From: Vulcanimicrobiota bacterium | Lineage (GTDB): Bacteria; Vulcanimicrobiota; Xenobia; Xenobiales; JADMJV01 | Direction of reading: 5' to 3' | Length of the DNA: 64,000 bases | Assembly: GCA_050250895.1 (NCBI GenBank) | Contig: JBFWNU010000001.1 | Span: 3,520,149-3,584,148, forward strand | Shown: piece by piece, positions 19,734 to 29,590 of the stretch | Layout: each line of letters begins with the position of its first letter | Position numbering within the stretch: the stretch's first letter is position 1 | Made by a program: the position numbers and the translations under genes | The notes under the pieces: generated by a model | Seen by the model: only the letters and a program-made list of their open reading frames with translations | Told to the model about the DNA's origin: nothing | Database searches by the model: none

Positions 19734-21689
19734 ATGTTAACAATCGATGAACGTCTCCCCCTTACCGACTTCGATGTCCATCTCTGGAATCAAAGCCGGT
19801 TTTACCGTAGTTACGAGAAACTCGGGGCTCACCTGGTAGAAGGTGGGGCCCGTTTTGCTGTCTGGGCTCCCAACGCCGCCCGGGTTTCGGTGATCGGCGA
19901 CTTCAACGGCTGGCGCGAAGACGCCCACCCGCTGCATCGCTCCTACGAGACGGGCATCTGGTTTGGTTTCGTGCCGGGAGTCGAGCACGGCAGCAAATAC
20001 AAATACGCCATCCACTCCCAACACAACGGCTACACCACTCACCGGGCTGACCCCTACGGCTTCTGTTTCGAGATGCGTCCGAATACGGCCACCCGCGTGT
20101 GGGATCTCGAGCAGCATCAGTGGGGTGACCACGAGTGGATGGCCAAACGGGCCGAGCGCGACGTCCATCGGTCGCCCATGTCCATCTACGAGGTTCACCT
20201 GGGCTCGTGGAAACGCGGCGCCGACGGCAACTGGCTGACCTACCGCCAGATCGCCGACGACCTGGCCAGCTATGTGGCCGAGATGGGCTACACCCACGTC
20301 GAACTCTTGCCCGTGACCGAGCACCCCTTCGACGGGTCGTGGGGCTATCAAGCGGTGGGCTACTTCGCCCCCACCTCACGCTTTGGCACTCCAGAAGACT
20401 TCATGTACCTGGTCGACACCCTGCACCAGCACGGCGTCGGGGTCATCCTCGACTGGGTCCCGGCTCACTTTCCCAAAGACCGCTTCGCCCTGGCTTTCTT
20501 CGACGGCACCCACCTCTACGAGCACGCCGACCCGCGACGCGGCGAGCATCCCGAGTGGGGTACCCTGATCTTCAATTACGGCCGCAACGAAGTGCGCAAC
20601 TTCCTCATCTCCAGCGCCCTCTTCTGGCTTGACCGCTATCACATCGACGGCATCCGCGTTGACGCGGTGGCCTCGATGCTTTATCTCGACTACGGTCGCG
20701 ACGAGTTCTTGCCCAACCAGTTCGGCGGCCGCGAGAATCTCGAGGCGGTCGAGTTCTTACGCGACTTCAACCAGGCCGTGGCCGAGCATCATCCGGGCGT
20801 TTTCACTATGGCCGAAGAGTCGACCTCGTGGCCAAAAGTCACGGCCCCGGCCGAAGACGGCGGCCTGGGCTTTAGCTTCAAGTGGAACATGGGTTGGATG
20901 AACGACACCCTCGAGTACTTCGAGAAAGAGCCCATCCATCGCAAATACCACCATCGCAACCTGACCTTCGGCATGATCTATCAGTGGTCCGAGCGCTTCA
21001 TGCTGCCGCTCTCGCACGACGAGGTGGTGCACCTCAAAAAGGCCCTGCTGACCAAGATGCCCGGCGACGACTGGCAGCGCATGGCCAACCATCGCCTCTT
21101 GCTGGCCTACCAGGCCGCCTATCCCGGCAAAAAGCTGCTCTTCATGGGCGGCGAGTTTGGCCAGTGGCAAGAGTGGAGCTTCGAGCGCTCGCTCGACTGG
21201 CATTTGCTGGACCAACCCGAGCATCAGGCGCTGCAGCGCTGGGCCCGCATGGTCAATCACCTCTACCGCGACGAGCCGGCCCTGCATCAGCTCGATCAGT
21301 CCTGGGAGGGCTTCGAGTGGGTCGACTGCGACAACGCCGACGCCAGTGTGGTCAGCTTCTTGCGCTTTCCTGAAGGCCGCGACCACGGCTTCCTTTTCAT
21401 CTTCAACTACACTCCCGTTCCGCGCCTGGAATACCAGGTCGGGCTGCCCTGGGGCGGCCAGTGGGAACCGGTGGCCAACTCTGACGACCCCGAGTTTGGC
21501 GGCAGCGGCTTCAAGCAGTTCGAGACGTTCGAAGCCCAGAGTAAGGAAGCTTTCGGCAAGCCTTACTCGGCTCGCCTCGACCTGCCGCCGCTGGGCGTGG
21601 TCATCCTACGTTCGACCCGTCCGGTAGACACGCCAGAGGAACGTGGGCAGGCGGCAGACAGCGGCGACGACGCGGCGCATCAGGGCTAG
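19734..21689 (+). CDS. glgB: 1,4-alpha-glucan branching enzyme
   Basis: [40 protein letters not shown] and PLSHDEVV motifs. Confidence 0.97.
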   Translation: MLTIDERLPLTDFDVHLWNQSRFYRSYEKLGAHLVEGGARFAVWAPNAARVSVIGDFNGWREDAHPLHRSYETGIWFGFVPGVEHGSKYKYAIHSQHNGYTTHRADPYGFCFEMRPNTATRVWDLEQHQWGDHEWMAKRAERDVHRSPMSIYEVHLGSWKRGADGNWLTYRQIADDLASYVAEMGYTHVELLPVTEHPFDGSWGYQAVGYFAPTSRFGTPEDFMYLVDTLHQHGVGVILDWVPAHFPKDRFALAFFDGTHLYEHADPRRGEHPEWGTLIFNYGRNEVRNFLISSALFWLDRYHIDGIRVDAVASMLYLDYGRDEFLPNQFGGRENLEAVEFLRDFNQAVAEHHPGVFTMAEESTSWPKVTAPAEDGGLGFSFKWNMGWMNDTLEYFEKEPIHRKYHHRNLTFGMIYQWSERFMLPLSHDEVVHLKKALLTKMPGDDWQRMANHRLLLAYQAAYPGKKLLFMGGEFGQWQEWSFERSLDWHLLDQPEHQALQRWARMVNHLYRDEPALHQLDQSWEGFEWVDCDNADASVVSFLRFPEGRDHGFLFIFNYTPVPRLEYQVGLPWGGQWEPVANSDDPEFGGSGFKQFETFEAQSKEAFGKPYSARLDLPPLGVVILRSTRPVDTPEERGQAADSGDDAAHQG

Positions 21690-22172
21690 CCGGCGAGCCA
21701 GCGGGATGGCCAGCATGGCGATGAGCGGGGGCATTCCGGCCACCGCCAGGGACAGAGCCAGCGCGGGCCCGACCCCGACCGCCACAGTGAGATAGCTGAC
21801 CAGCACCGGCAGGACCAGCAGAGCCAGCCAAATGGTGAACATCCAAAGGCGAAATTGGGCCGGACTGTCGAAAGTCGAAACCCAGTCCCGGCAGCATTCC
21901 TTCGGCTCGGGTCGATAGCAGACCAGCACGGGCGCCAGCAACGAGGCTTCGAGCGCCCGCGGCCCGGCCGCTCGCCAGGCCAGCTGGTCGACCGATTGCC
22001 GCCGGCCAGAGTCGGCGCGAAGCCCACTGCGGATCGCCTGGGCGGCCACCAGATAATAGAAGGCTAGAAAGCCCTCGGTGCCGGACTGGCCCTGACTCAG
22101 ACCAACAGCCAGGGCGCCCAGCAGCAATAGAGTGGTCAGGTGACTGGGGTCTAGTTTGCCGATGGTCGTCAA
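21606..22172 (-). CDS. Hypothetical membrane protein
   Basis: TTGA overlap with the upstream gene and several TM segments. The 3' end overlaps glgB by 84 bp. Confidence 0.5.
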   Translation of the reverse strand: MTTIGKLDPSHLTTLLLLGALAVGLSQGQSGTEGFLAFYYLVAAQAIRSGLRADSGRRQSVDQLAWRAAGPRALEASLLAPVLVCYRPEPKECCRDWVSTFDSPAQFRLWMFTIWLALLVLPVLVSYLTVAVGVGPALALSLAVAGMPPLIAMLAIPLARRLALMRRVVAAVCRLPTFLWRVYRTGRT

Positions 22173-23347
22173 GTGGGCAGTTCCTCGAAGCGGCGGATGG
22201 CTTGCGCCTTTAGCACCGGCAGCGCAGCCAGGGCCAGTAAGGGGCCTGTCCAGTTGGCCAGCAGGGCCAAAACGGGCAAGAGCAACAGCCAGCCACAGCT
22301 GCCCTGGGCCAGGGTCAGATAGGTTGAGAACAGCGGCATGACCAGCAGCGCCAGCCACAGGGCGCTGACCGTCAGATGCAGCTCCAAAGGCGTGTCGAGG
22401 CTGGCCAGCCCCTGCAGGTTGCACTCGGTCAAGAGGGCTCGGCTCGACCAGCGATAGAACCCCTCGTAGAGGGGCAAAGCCAGCAGTGGGCCGGCCACCA
22501 GCGCCTCGCGCATGCGCGGCCAGGAGGCCACCCGAACCCAGCCTTCCACGATTCGGCGGGGCGATAAGCCCGACCCGAGCAGCAAGGTGAGCTGCTCGCC
22601 CTGGCGGTCGTCCATCGCTGCGGCCGCGGCCATGGCCGGCCGAATTGTCTGCAGCAGCGTGAAGCCGGCGGCCGCCCACAGACCCGCCTGAAGAAACTGC
22701 ACTCCGGCGGGATCGAGATGGTCCCACACGCATAGCAGCAGCGCCCCCAGCATGACCAGGGTGGCCACATGGCCCCTGGGTCGTCGCACCGATTCCCGGG
22801 CCACAATCGGGTTCTCACCCCGCATCGGCCGGAACTTCCTGGCCTGACAGGTGGGGCTCACGGGGGCGTCGATGGACAGGGTGGCCAGGGCCAGGCTGCC
22901 GCCCAGCAGGCCGGCCAACCAGAGCCAGGCGGGCTGGTCGACCGACCAGGCCAGCAGCGGAATCAGCATTAGCAGCAGGCCGGTCGAGCGTTGGCGAACC
23001 AGCATTTGGCCGACACTCGAACCGAAATACAGGCTGACCAGCAGGGTGGGGATAGACCAGGGGCCGCAGATCAGGCAAGCCACCAGCCCGGGCCAACTCT
23101 TGCGCAGGCTCCAGTCGAGCACGGCCCTCGCTTGCTCGCATTCGGTCAGGCAATGGGAGGCTTCGACCTGAGCCAGGGCCTGGGCGCCTCGCAGATCCCA
23201 GATGGCGCGAACGAGCGCATACACGACCGGCACCCACAGACCCCGGTCGGCCAGCAGTAAGAGCAGGCTGACCAGGGGCGGGTCGAGGAAGCGGTCTCGG
23301 GGTCGCATCAGCGGTGCTAGAAGATGGTCTTTCATGGTAGCCCTCAC
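22169..23347 (-). CDS. Multi-pass membrane protein (ABC-2 permease-like)
   Basis: Many hydrophobic segments; GENPIVARES and LLLGSGLSPRRIVEG motifs. Confidence 0.6.
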   Translation of the reverse strand: MRATMKDHLLAPLMRPRDRFLDPPLVSLLLLLADRGLWVPVVYALVRAIWDLRGAQALAQVEASHCLTECEQARAVLDWSLRKSWPGLVACLICGPWSIPTLLVSLYFGSSVGQMLVRQRSTGLLLMLIPLLAWSVDQPAWLWLAGLLGGSLALATLSIDAPVSPTCQARKFRPMRGENPIVARESVRRPRGHVATLVMLGALLLCVWDHLDPAGVQFLQAGLWAAAGFTLLQTIRPAMAAAAAMDDRQGEQLTLLLGSGLSPRRIVEGWVRVASWPRMREALVAGPLLALPLYEGFYRWSSRALLTECNLQGLASLDTPLELHLTVSALWLALLVMPLFSTYLTLAQGSCGWLLLLPVLALLANWTGPLLALAALPVLKAQAIRRFEELPT

Positions 23348-23910
23348 GGTCTTTCAATCAGGCCCTGCACGGCCGTGTACTGGGGATAGTTGGGGGTGTC
23401 GATGGAGGCGCCGTGGTGGTAGCAGCCGCGACACACCACTGTGTAGTGCTCTGGCTCATGGTGGACTCGATAACTGCGAGAATAGGTGTCTTTGCCAGCA
23501 CTCGGACAGGTGGGGATGGTCTTGAGGTAGTTGGGCGTGATATAGGCTATCTCGGGGGGATACTGACCGGCCCAGTCGGTGGCGTACATCTCGAGCCCCG
23601 TGCCCAGGTTCTTGAGGTTGGACTTGCAGGCGGTCAGCGGACCCCGACAAACGCAGCGGATGAAGTTGGGCAGCACCACCACGGACAGGGCCACCCCCAC
23701 CAGCAGCATCCCCCCGAGGACCGTCGAAGAGGGCATGGAACGCCACTCCAGGTGAGCGACGACCAGGTTGGTTACGAAGAGGATCAAAACGAATGTTCTG
23801 GATGGGGTCGTCGGCGCGATGACCGCGAGCATGACCACGAAGACTAGGGCCTGAAGGCAGGCCAGCAAGAACAGTTGCAGCAGTCGAAACTTGTCGAGTG
23901 AAGGAATCAC
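23344..23910 (-). CDS. GspG/pseudopilin-like domain protein preceded by TM helices
   Basis: VVLPNFIR...LTACKSNLKNLGTGLEMYATDWAGQYP. Start estimated. Confidence 0.7.
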   Translation of the reverse strand: MIPSLDKFRLLQLFLLACLQALVFVVMLAVIAPTTPSRTFVLILFVTNLVVAHLEWRSMPSSTVLGGMLLVGVALSVVVLPNFIRCVCRGPLTACKSNLKNLGTGLEMYATDWAGQYPPEIAYITPNYLKTIPTCPSAGKDTYSRSYRVHHEPEHYTVVCRGCYHHGASIDTPNYPQYTAVQGLIERP

Positions 23911-23965
23911 GCCATAGCTACTGGCTTTCGGGCTTGACGGTTCAAACGTACGAATGTTTGTCTTC

Positions 23966-23994
23966 TTGTCGGGTCCCGGAGGTTGGGCTATGCT
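23966..23994 (+). promoter_or_regulatory. Sigma70-type promoter, probably giving a leaderless mRNA
   Basis: TTGTCG-N17-TATGCT, 7 nt before ATG 24002, with no RBS. Confidence 0.55.
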
Positions 23995-24001
23995 GGCTTC
24001 T

Positions 24002-24688
24002 ATGGAAGAGCTACTGAGAGAAATCGCCCAGGCCATCCTGCGGGTGGAGGAGCGGTTCGAAGAGAGATTTGACCGGGTGGAGCAACGGCTCGACGGGCTA
24101 GAGCAGCGCTTTGACGGGCTGGAGCAACGCTTTGACGGGCTGGAGCAACGCTTTGACCGGGTGGAGCAACGACTCGACGGGCTAGAGCAGCGCTTTGACG
24201 GGCTAGAGCAACGCTTTGACGGGCTAGAGCAGCGCTTTGACGGCCTAGAGCACCGGCTGGCTCGAGTCGAAGCGAAGATCGACCGGCTGGATGAACGACA
24301 AGAGCGTCTCGAGCGGCGTCAAGATCGATTCGAGGCCCGACTCGAACGCATCGACAACCGTCTTGAGCGCATCGAGGGGCGGGCGGCGCGCACCGAGCAG
24401 AGACTGGACGGGATCGAGCAGCGACTGGAGGGTGGCGAGCAGAGGCTAGCCGACCTCGAAGCTCGGCAGGACCTTACCGAAGAGCGGCTCGAGCGAATCG
24501 AGACGCGGCTGGAAGAGCAGGGCGAGTGGATGGTGGGCAAGGACCGGGCCGACGCCGACATGATGCTTTTCCTCAGCGAGCAGTTTGCCAAGGTCTATCA
24601 ACTCATCGCCGAGCTTCGCGACGATATGCAGGAGGGCTTTCGCCGCCACGGCGAGCGACTCGACCGCCTCGAGGCCAAGGTGGCCTGA
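24002..24688 (+). CDS. Heptad-repeat coiled-coil protein
   Basis: (FDGLEQR)n heptads run through most of the protein. Confidence 0.8.
   Translation: MEELLREIAQAILRVEERFEERFDRVEQRLDGLEQRFDGLEQRFDGLEQRFDRVEQRLDGLEQRFDGLEQRFDGLEQRFDGLEHRLARVEAKIDRLDERQERLERRQDRFEARLERIDNRLERIEGRAARTEQRLDGIEQRLEGGEQRLADLEARQDLTEERLERIETRLEEQGEWMVGKDRADADMMLFLSEQFAKVYQLIAELRDDMQEGFRRHGERLDRLEAKVA
24068..24256 (+). repeat. 21-bp tandem repeat, 9 copies (coding VNTR)
   Basis: Units such as TTTGACGGGCTGGAGCAACGC, with a higher-order 84-bp duplication. Confidence 0.9.
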
Positions 24689-24697
24689 GCGGGCGGA

Positions 24698-25789
24698 TTA
24701 GAAGAATCGTTGGGCAGGCTGGCGCCAGCTGGGGCGGCGACGCAGGCGCGCCGACCAGCTCGGCCTGGCCCGCAGGCCGGCGCGATAGAGCGCCTGGCTC
24801 ACCTCACCATCGAGCAACCACGGGCCGGGCTCGATCTCGGTTAGTGAGGCTCCTCGCTCCAACAAAGCCAGGGCGGAACGGCGGTGGCCGAGGGCCTGGA
24901 CCAACAGACCGGCCGAGCCCGGTTCGAGGCTGGCTCCACGCTCGAGCAGAAAATCGAGGCTCTGGCCGCCGGCCAGTGCGTGGTGGAGGGCTCGAGCGGG
25001 GCGAAAGTCTTCGGCCGGGTCGTTGGCTTCGAGCAACTCGGGAGCCTGCTCGAGCAGAGTGGCCAGGGCGGTGGTGTCGCCCAGGTAGGCGACCGAGAAG
25101 AAGTCGAGGGCCAGCTCGCCAAGTGGGCCGGGTGCTTGACCGGCGGCGAGAGCCGCGGCCAGCGGAGTCAGGCAGACCTTTCCCCCAGGCAGGCGGGCGG
25201 CCCGGTTGGGGTCGGCCCCTTCGGCCAGGAATTGTTCTACCAGAGATTGCCGACCCAGCCAGGCGGCCAGCACCAGCCATTCTTGACGAAAGTTTCCCCG
25301 GGGAGGGCGGCCGGAGCGCACCGCCGTCAGGCCAGCCTTGAGCTCGGCGACCCGCTGACCTGGTTGGGCTCGAGCCGGGCTGTTGATCAGGCCCCGAGCC
25401 AGGGGGCCCAGAGCCATCAAGGTTTCCATGGCCTGTTGGGGCGAGGCTCCGGCTGCCTTGAGCGACTCGCCAGCATGCTTGAGCCAGACTCCCGCCGCCC
25501 GGGGAGTGATGACCACGTGGTCATGCACGGCCGCCAGACTGGGCCGGTCGCCGTAGAGGCTTCGGCCGCCCAGCCACTGCTCGAAGAAGGCCTTCTGGGC
25601 CGCGCGCTCGGCGTCGAGATCCTTACGAAAGAGCGGGCGAAGCTCGGGGTCGACCTCGAGGCGGTCGTAGAGTCCGTCGATCCAGCGCTGCACGAACTCG
25701 CGACCGCCAAGCTCGGCCAAGAGCTGGGGGCGAGGATAAAGGCTGGAAGCCAGTGTTCCGCGCTGGTGGATGTCGGTGGTGAGCCGCAC
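24698..25789 (-). CDS. Group II truncated hemoglobin fused to ankyrin-like repeats
   Basis: LGG...LYDRLEVDPELRPLF...QWLGG..LY...VH globin, then ankyrin-like GADPN, LTPLAAA and ALHHA. Confidence 0.75.
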   Translation of the reverse strand: MRLTTDIHQRGTLASSLYPRPQLLAELGGREFVQRWIDGLYDRLEVDPELRPLFRKDLDAERAAQKAFFEQWLGGRSLYGDRPSLAAVHDHVVITPRAAGVWLKHAGESLKAAGASPQQAMETLMALGPLARGLINSPARAQPGQRVAELKAGLTAVRSGRPPRGNFRQEWLVLAAWLGRQSLVEQFLAEGADPNRAARLPGGKVCLTPLAAALAAGQAPGPLGELALDFFSVAYLGDTTALATLLEQAPELLEANDPAEDFRPARALHHALAGGQSLDFLLERGASLEPGSAGLLVQALGHRRSALALLERGASLTEIEPGPWLLDGEVSQALYRAGLRARPSWSARLRRRPSWRQPAQRFF

Positions 25790-25851
25790 GGGCGAGGCCT
25801 TCCCGCTGTCTCGACGGGAACCCTGGGGTCCGGCCAGAAGTTACAACCCTC

Positions 25852-26487
25852 ATGCGTCTCGAGGAAAAGCACCCGCTGGCCATTCGCTGGTTCCACTGGC
25901 TCAATTTCCCTCTGCTCTTCGCCATGATCTACAGCGGGTTGGCCATCTACTGGGCCTATCAGCCCTATTCGCTCGCGGGGTTTCACTTTTTTCCGCGAGG
26001 CTTCTTCGAGAGTCTGGGCCTGCGCTACCGGCTGGGCGAAGGGATGGGACTGCATTTTTTCTTCATGTGGCTGTTTGCTCTCAACGGCCTGGCCTACGTT
26101 AGCTATCTGGCCATCTCCGGCGAGTGGCGCGAGTTGTGGCCGAGCCGCGGCAGCTTCAAGCGTGCGCTGCTCGAGGTGGGTCACAGCCTGAGGCTGGTGA
26201 AAGAAAAGCCCGAGCAGGGCAAATACAACGACGCCCAGCGGCTGGCCTACTGCGGTGTGATCGTGATGGGAGTGGGAGCGCTCTTGACCGGACTGGCCAT
26301 CTACAAGCCGGTGCAACTGGGCTGGCTGCGCTGGCTGCTGGGAGGGTACCAGTGGGCCAGGGCCGAGCACTTTGCTCTGACCATGGGCTTTTTGGCCTTC
26401 TTCCTGGTGCATGTGCTGCAAGTCATTCGGGCCGGTTGGAACAACTTTCGAGCCATGGTGATCGGATGCGAGGTGGTCGATGAGTGA
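25852..26487 (+). CDS. Di-heme cytochrome b subunit (YdhU/Ni-Fe hydrogenase cyt b family)
   Basis: RWFHWLN, LHFFFMW, KYNDAQRLAY and EHF...FLVHV motifs. Confidence 0.85.
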   Translation: MRLEEKHPLAIRWFHWLNFPLLFAMIYSGLAIYWAYQPYSLAGFHFFPRGFFESLGLRYRLGEGMGLHFFFMWLFALNGLAYVSYLAISGEWRELWPSRGSFKRALLEVGHSLRLVKEKPEQGKYNDAQRLAYCGVIVMGVGALLTGLAIYKPVQLGWLRWLLGGYQWARAEHFALTMGFLAFFLVHVLQVIRAGWNNFRAMVIGCEVVDE

Positions 26488-27214
26488 AGAGGTTCAGGCT
26501 GAGCTAAAAAAACGAAGCCGGCGCGGCTTTCTGGTGTGGATGGCAGGGGCGGCCGGGGTGGTGCTGGGTTGGGAGTGGATCACCCACGCTCCCAAACGCG
26601 ATGGCCTGCGCGCCCCCTTGCGGGCGGCCGAAGAGTTCAACGCCCGCCTGTGGCAAGCCTATCAGCGACCCGGACGGCTGGCCGAGACCTTCGACAAGAG
26701 CAGGGCTAGCGAGCCCAAAGTCAACGGTAAGACGGGTCTGGAAGAAGGGTTTGATCCCTCCACCTGGAGTCTCGAGGTCGACGGGCTGGCCGACGGCCAG
26801 CCACGGAAACTAGGGTTAGCCGACATCGAGCAGTTGCCCAAGGTCGAGATCACGACCTATCTCAAGTGCGTCGAGGGCTGGAGCACCGTGGTCACCTGGG
26901 GCGGCTGTCCGGTAGCCGAGTTCGCCAAGGTCTATGGGCCGATGGCCGAGGCCGAACACCTGGCGGCCGAGACTCCCGAGGGGGGCTATTATGTGGGTCT
27001 CGACCTCGCCAGCGCGCTGCATCCCCAGACCCTGCTGTGTTATGAACTCAATGGTCAGCCCTTGAGCCTCGACCACGGAGGGCCGCTGCGGCTGGCGGTG
27101 CCCATCAAATACGGCATCAAGTCGCTCAAGCGCATTGGAAAGCTCGCGTGGGTGAAGCAACGACCGAAAGATTATTGGGCCGAGCGAGGTTACGACTATT
27201 ATTCGGGACATTGA
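26480..27214 (+). CDS. Molybdopterin oxidoreductase, sulfite-oxidase/MsrP-like, Tat-like N-terminus
   Basis: SRRGFL, LKCVEGWS, HPQTLL and HGGPLRLAVPIKYGIKS motifs. Confidence 0.88.
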   Translation: MSEEVQAELKKRSRRGFLVWMAGAAGVVLGWEWITHAPKRDGLRAPLRAAEEFNARLWQAYQRPGRLAETFDKSRASEPKVNGKTGLEEGFDPSTWSLEVDGLADGQPRKLGLADIEQLPKVEITTYLKCVEGWSTVVTWGGCPVAEFAKVYGPMAEAEHLAAETPEGGYYVGLDLASALHPQTLLCYELNGQPLSLDHGGPLRLAVPIKYGIKSLKRIGKLAWVKQRPKDYWAERGYDYYSGH

Positions 27215-28371
27215 GCCCGCCTGGAGAGGGCGAAGAGAAAGCCGAAGCCGAGCAGTCCCGCCCCGGCCATGACCATGAGCGCCAGACCATAACCGTGCTG
27301 GCCGGCCAGCCGCCCGGCCAGCGCCACCGACCAGGCTTCACAGGCGTTGGTGGCAGCCATGAAAGCGCTAAATTGGGTGGCTCCCAGAGCGGGTTCGGTG
27401 AGGTCCATCAAGAGTGCATAGGCCGACACGGTGAAGACCCCGATCGAGAGATAGACCCCGACCAGGGCAGCCATCAGAGCAGGCGCCTGGGCGCCCCAGC
27501 GCTCGAGCAGCCCGAGTCCCAATACCATGACCAAAGTGAGGAGCAAACCGGTGCCCACCGCGCGATAGCGCGAGTGTTGGTCGGCCAGGCGGCCCCCGAT
27601 GAGGCTACCCAGCATCATGGCTCCCACCACGCCCAGGCTAAAGAAGGCGGCCGTGGTCGCTTCGCTCACTTTGTGGTCGATCAACATGGGGCCGGCCAGG
27701 CCCCCGGTGGCCTTGAAGGCCGCCTCGGCGGTCAAGGCAAACCCGAGCCCCAGCCAGGTGGTGGCGCGGGCCGCGGCTGCGCGCAAGGCGGGCCAGAGCG
27801 GGCGTCGGCGGCCCGCAGGTTCTTCGGCTTCGTGCCAAAGCACCAGCAAGGAGAGCCAGATGGTCAGCGTGAGCGCTAGCACCACGGCGGGCAAGCCGGC
27901 CACTTTGGCCAGCCAGATCGAGACGCCTCCGAACAGACCCCGGCCGGTCAGCATACCGATTTGCATGGCGCTGTTGATTTGGCCTCGCTCGGCCGGCGGC
28001 ACGCTGGCGATGGCCAGAGCGTCGATGGCCACGTCTTGCATGGCGGCGCAAATGGCGTGCGCAAGCAAGCAAGCCGCCCACCAATCGAGCTGCTTCACGG
28101 GGCTGAGCTGAGTCAGTGGCAGCAGGCACAGTCCCATGCCGATCTGGGCCACGGCCACCCAGGTCTTGAGACCCCAGCCCCGACCGAGATCGACCAGGGG
28201 AGCAGCCAGAAACTTGAGTGTCCAGGGCAGGACCAGCAGGGCGGTTAGAGCCGTGATGCGCTCGACGGCCAGACCCTGCACCCGAAGGATGGTCGGCAAA
28301 GCCCACCAGAGAAAGCCGATGGGGGCGCCTTCGCTGAAATACAACAGGCCGAACAAGAAATAGCGGCGCAC
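27199..28371 (-). CDS. AmpG-like MFS transporter
   Basis: LYFSEGAP, LPWTLKFL, QDVAIDA and ATQFS motifs. Confidence 0.85.
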   Translation of the reverse strand: MRRYFLFGLLYFSEGAPIGFLWWALPTILRVQGLAVERITALTALLVLPWTLKFLAAPLVDLGRGWGLKTWVAVAQIGMGLCLLPLTQLSPVKQLDWWAACLLAHAICAAMQDVAIDALAIASVPPAERGQINSAMQIGMLTGRGLFGGVSIWLAKVAGLPAVVLALTLTIWLSLLVLWHEAEEPAGRRRPLWPALRAAAARATTWLGLGFALTAEAAFKATGGLAGPMLIDHKVSEATTAAFFSLGVVGAMMLGSLIGGRLADQHSRYRAVGTGLLLTLVMVLGLGLLERWGAQAPALMAALVGVYLSIGVFTVSAYALLMDLTEPALGATQFSAFMAATNACEAWSVALAGRLAGQHGYGLALMVMAGAGLLGFGFLFALSRRAQCPE

Positions 28372-28429
28372 CTATTTGGCTTCGGTCAGCGGTGACAGGT
28401 CCCTTTGCCAGCACGCAGAATACGCGGGG

Positions 28430-29101
28430 GTGGACATCCGCACCACCACATGTAGACCAGCCCACCCCGAGTTTTTCCTGCGCTGTGGCGACGAGATTCC
28501 AGAGTCGTTTGCGATCTGGTTGCGCGATGCGCTGGCCTCGGCGGTCAACGATGGTGAACGGTTCGCCCCCGGCCAGACCTACCAGGTCGGCTGGATGACC
28601 ACCCGGGTGGCCCCGGGTCCCGAGCAGACGCTCACCTTGCACGAGCCCGACATGCGCTCGATGCCGGTCCAGTGGGTCGAGTCCGTGGCCCAGACTTTGC
28701 GCCACCTGATGCTTCATCGGTTTACGGCCGAGAGCGTGGGCCTGGGCGAGCAGCTCGAATTCCCCAAGATTAGCCAGACTTGTCTGGTCTGCAAAGAAAT
28801 TTCCCGAGCCAGCACCACCAGCGGGTTATTGCTGTCGCGTTTTCCCGCTGACGGCGCTGGAGACTCGGGATGGTTCGTGGGCTGCCTCGACGAGTCGCAT
28901 GATCACAACGTGGTCGAGAACCTGGCTCGCATCACCCTCTACGAGCTGGTGCGCGGCCTGCCCGAGCTGGTCTCGTTTCTCGCTTTGCCCGAGGGCTGCG
29001 AGGTGGTCCTGCAGGTGGACAAGCGACCGGCCTTCTTTTTCGAAGACCAGCAGATGCCCATCCTGGCAGGCTCCTACGTTGATCAGCTCTTCTCGGTCTA
29101 G
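28430..29101 (+). CDS. Imm33/DUF2185-like immunity-type protein
   Basis: GQTYQVGW, DSGWFVGC and FLALPEG motifs. Start estimated. Confidence 0.55.
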   Translation: MDIRTTTCRPAHPEFFLRCGDEIPESFAIWLRDALASAVNDGERFAPGQTYQVGWMTTRVAPGPEQTLTLHEPDMRSMPVQWVESVAQTLRHLMLHRFTAESVGLGEQLEFPKISQTCLVCKEISRASTTSGLLLSRFPADGAGDSGWFVGCLDESHDHNVVENLARITLYELVRGLPELVSFLALPEGCEVVLQVDKRPAFFFEDQQMPILAGSYVDQLFSV

Positions 29102-29532
29102 CGAGCCTGCAGCAAGCGGGCCTCGAGCACGATCACGGTGCCGGTGAGGGCTTTCGAGACCGGACAGTTGACCTTGGCCGCCTCGGCCAGTTCCTGGAAT
29201 TTGGCGCTGTCGATATCCGGAACGTCCGCCTCGGTGTCGAGATGGATCTCGGTGATGCCGAACCCTTCTCCGACCTTGTCCAGCACGACGGTTGCTTGCG
29301 TTTTCACGCTGCGGGGCGAGAACCCGCTCTTGCCGAGGGTGGCGCTGAGAGCCATCGAGAAACAGCCCGCGTGGGCGGCTCCCAACAGCTCTTCAGGATT
29401 GGTGCCTTTGCCCTCTTCGAAACGAGACGGGAAGGAGTAGGCACCTTCGAAGGCGCCGCTGCCCAGGCGCATTTTGCCCGAGCCATCTTTTAGACTACCA
29501 TTCCACTCTGCGGTGGCTTTTCTTTTCGGCAT
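29098..29532 (-). CDS. osmC: OsmC peroxiredoxin
   Basis: GTNPEELLGAAHAGCFSMAL and NCPVSKAL. Confidence 0.95.
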   Translation of the reverse strand: MPKRKATAEWNGSLKDGSGKMRLGSGAFEGAYSFPSRFEEGKGTNPEELLGAAHAGCFSMALSATLGKSGFSPRSVKTQATVVLDKVGEGFGITEIHLDTEADVPDIDSAKFQELAEAAKVNCPVSKALTGTVIVLEARLLQAR

Positions 29533-29590
29533 ATCTACCTCCTCTGGTGATATACTCTCTCATTCCTTCCTCGAGCCCCGGCTAATCGGC

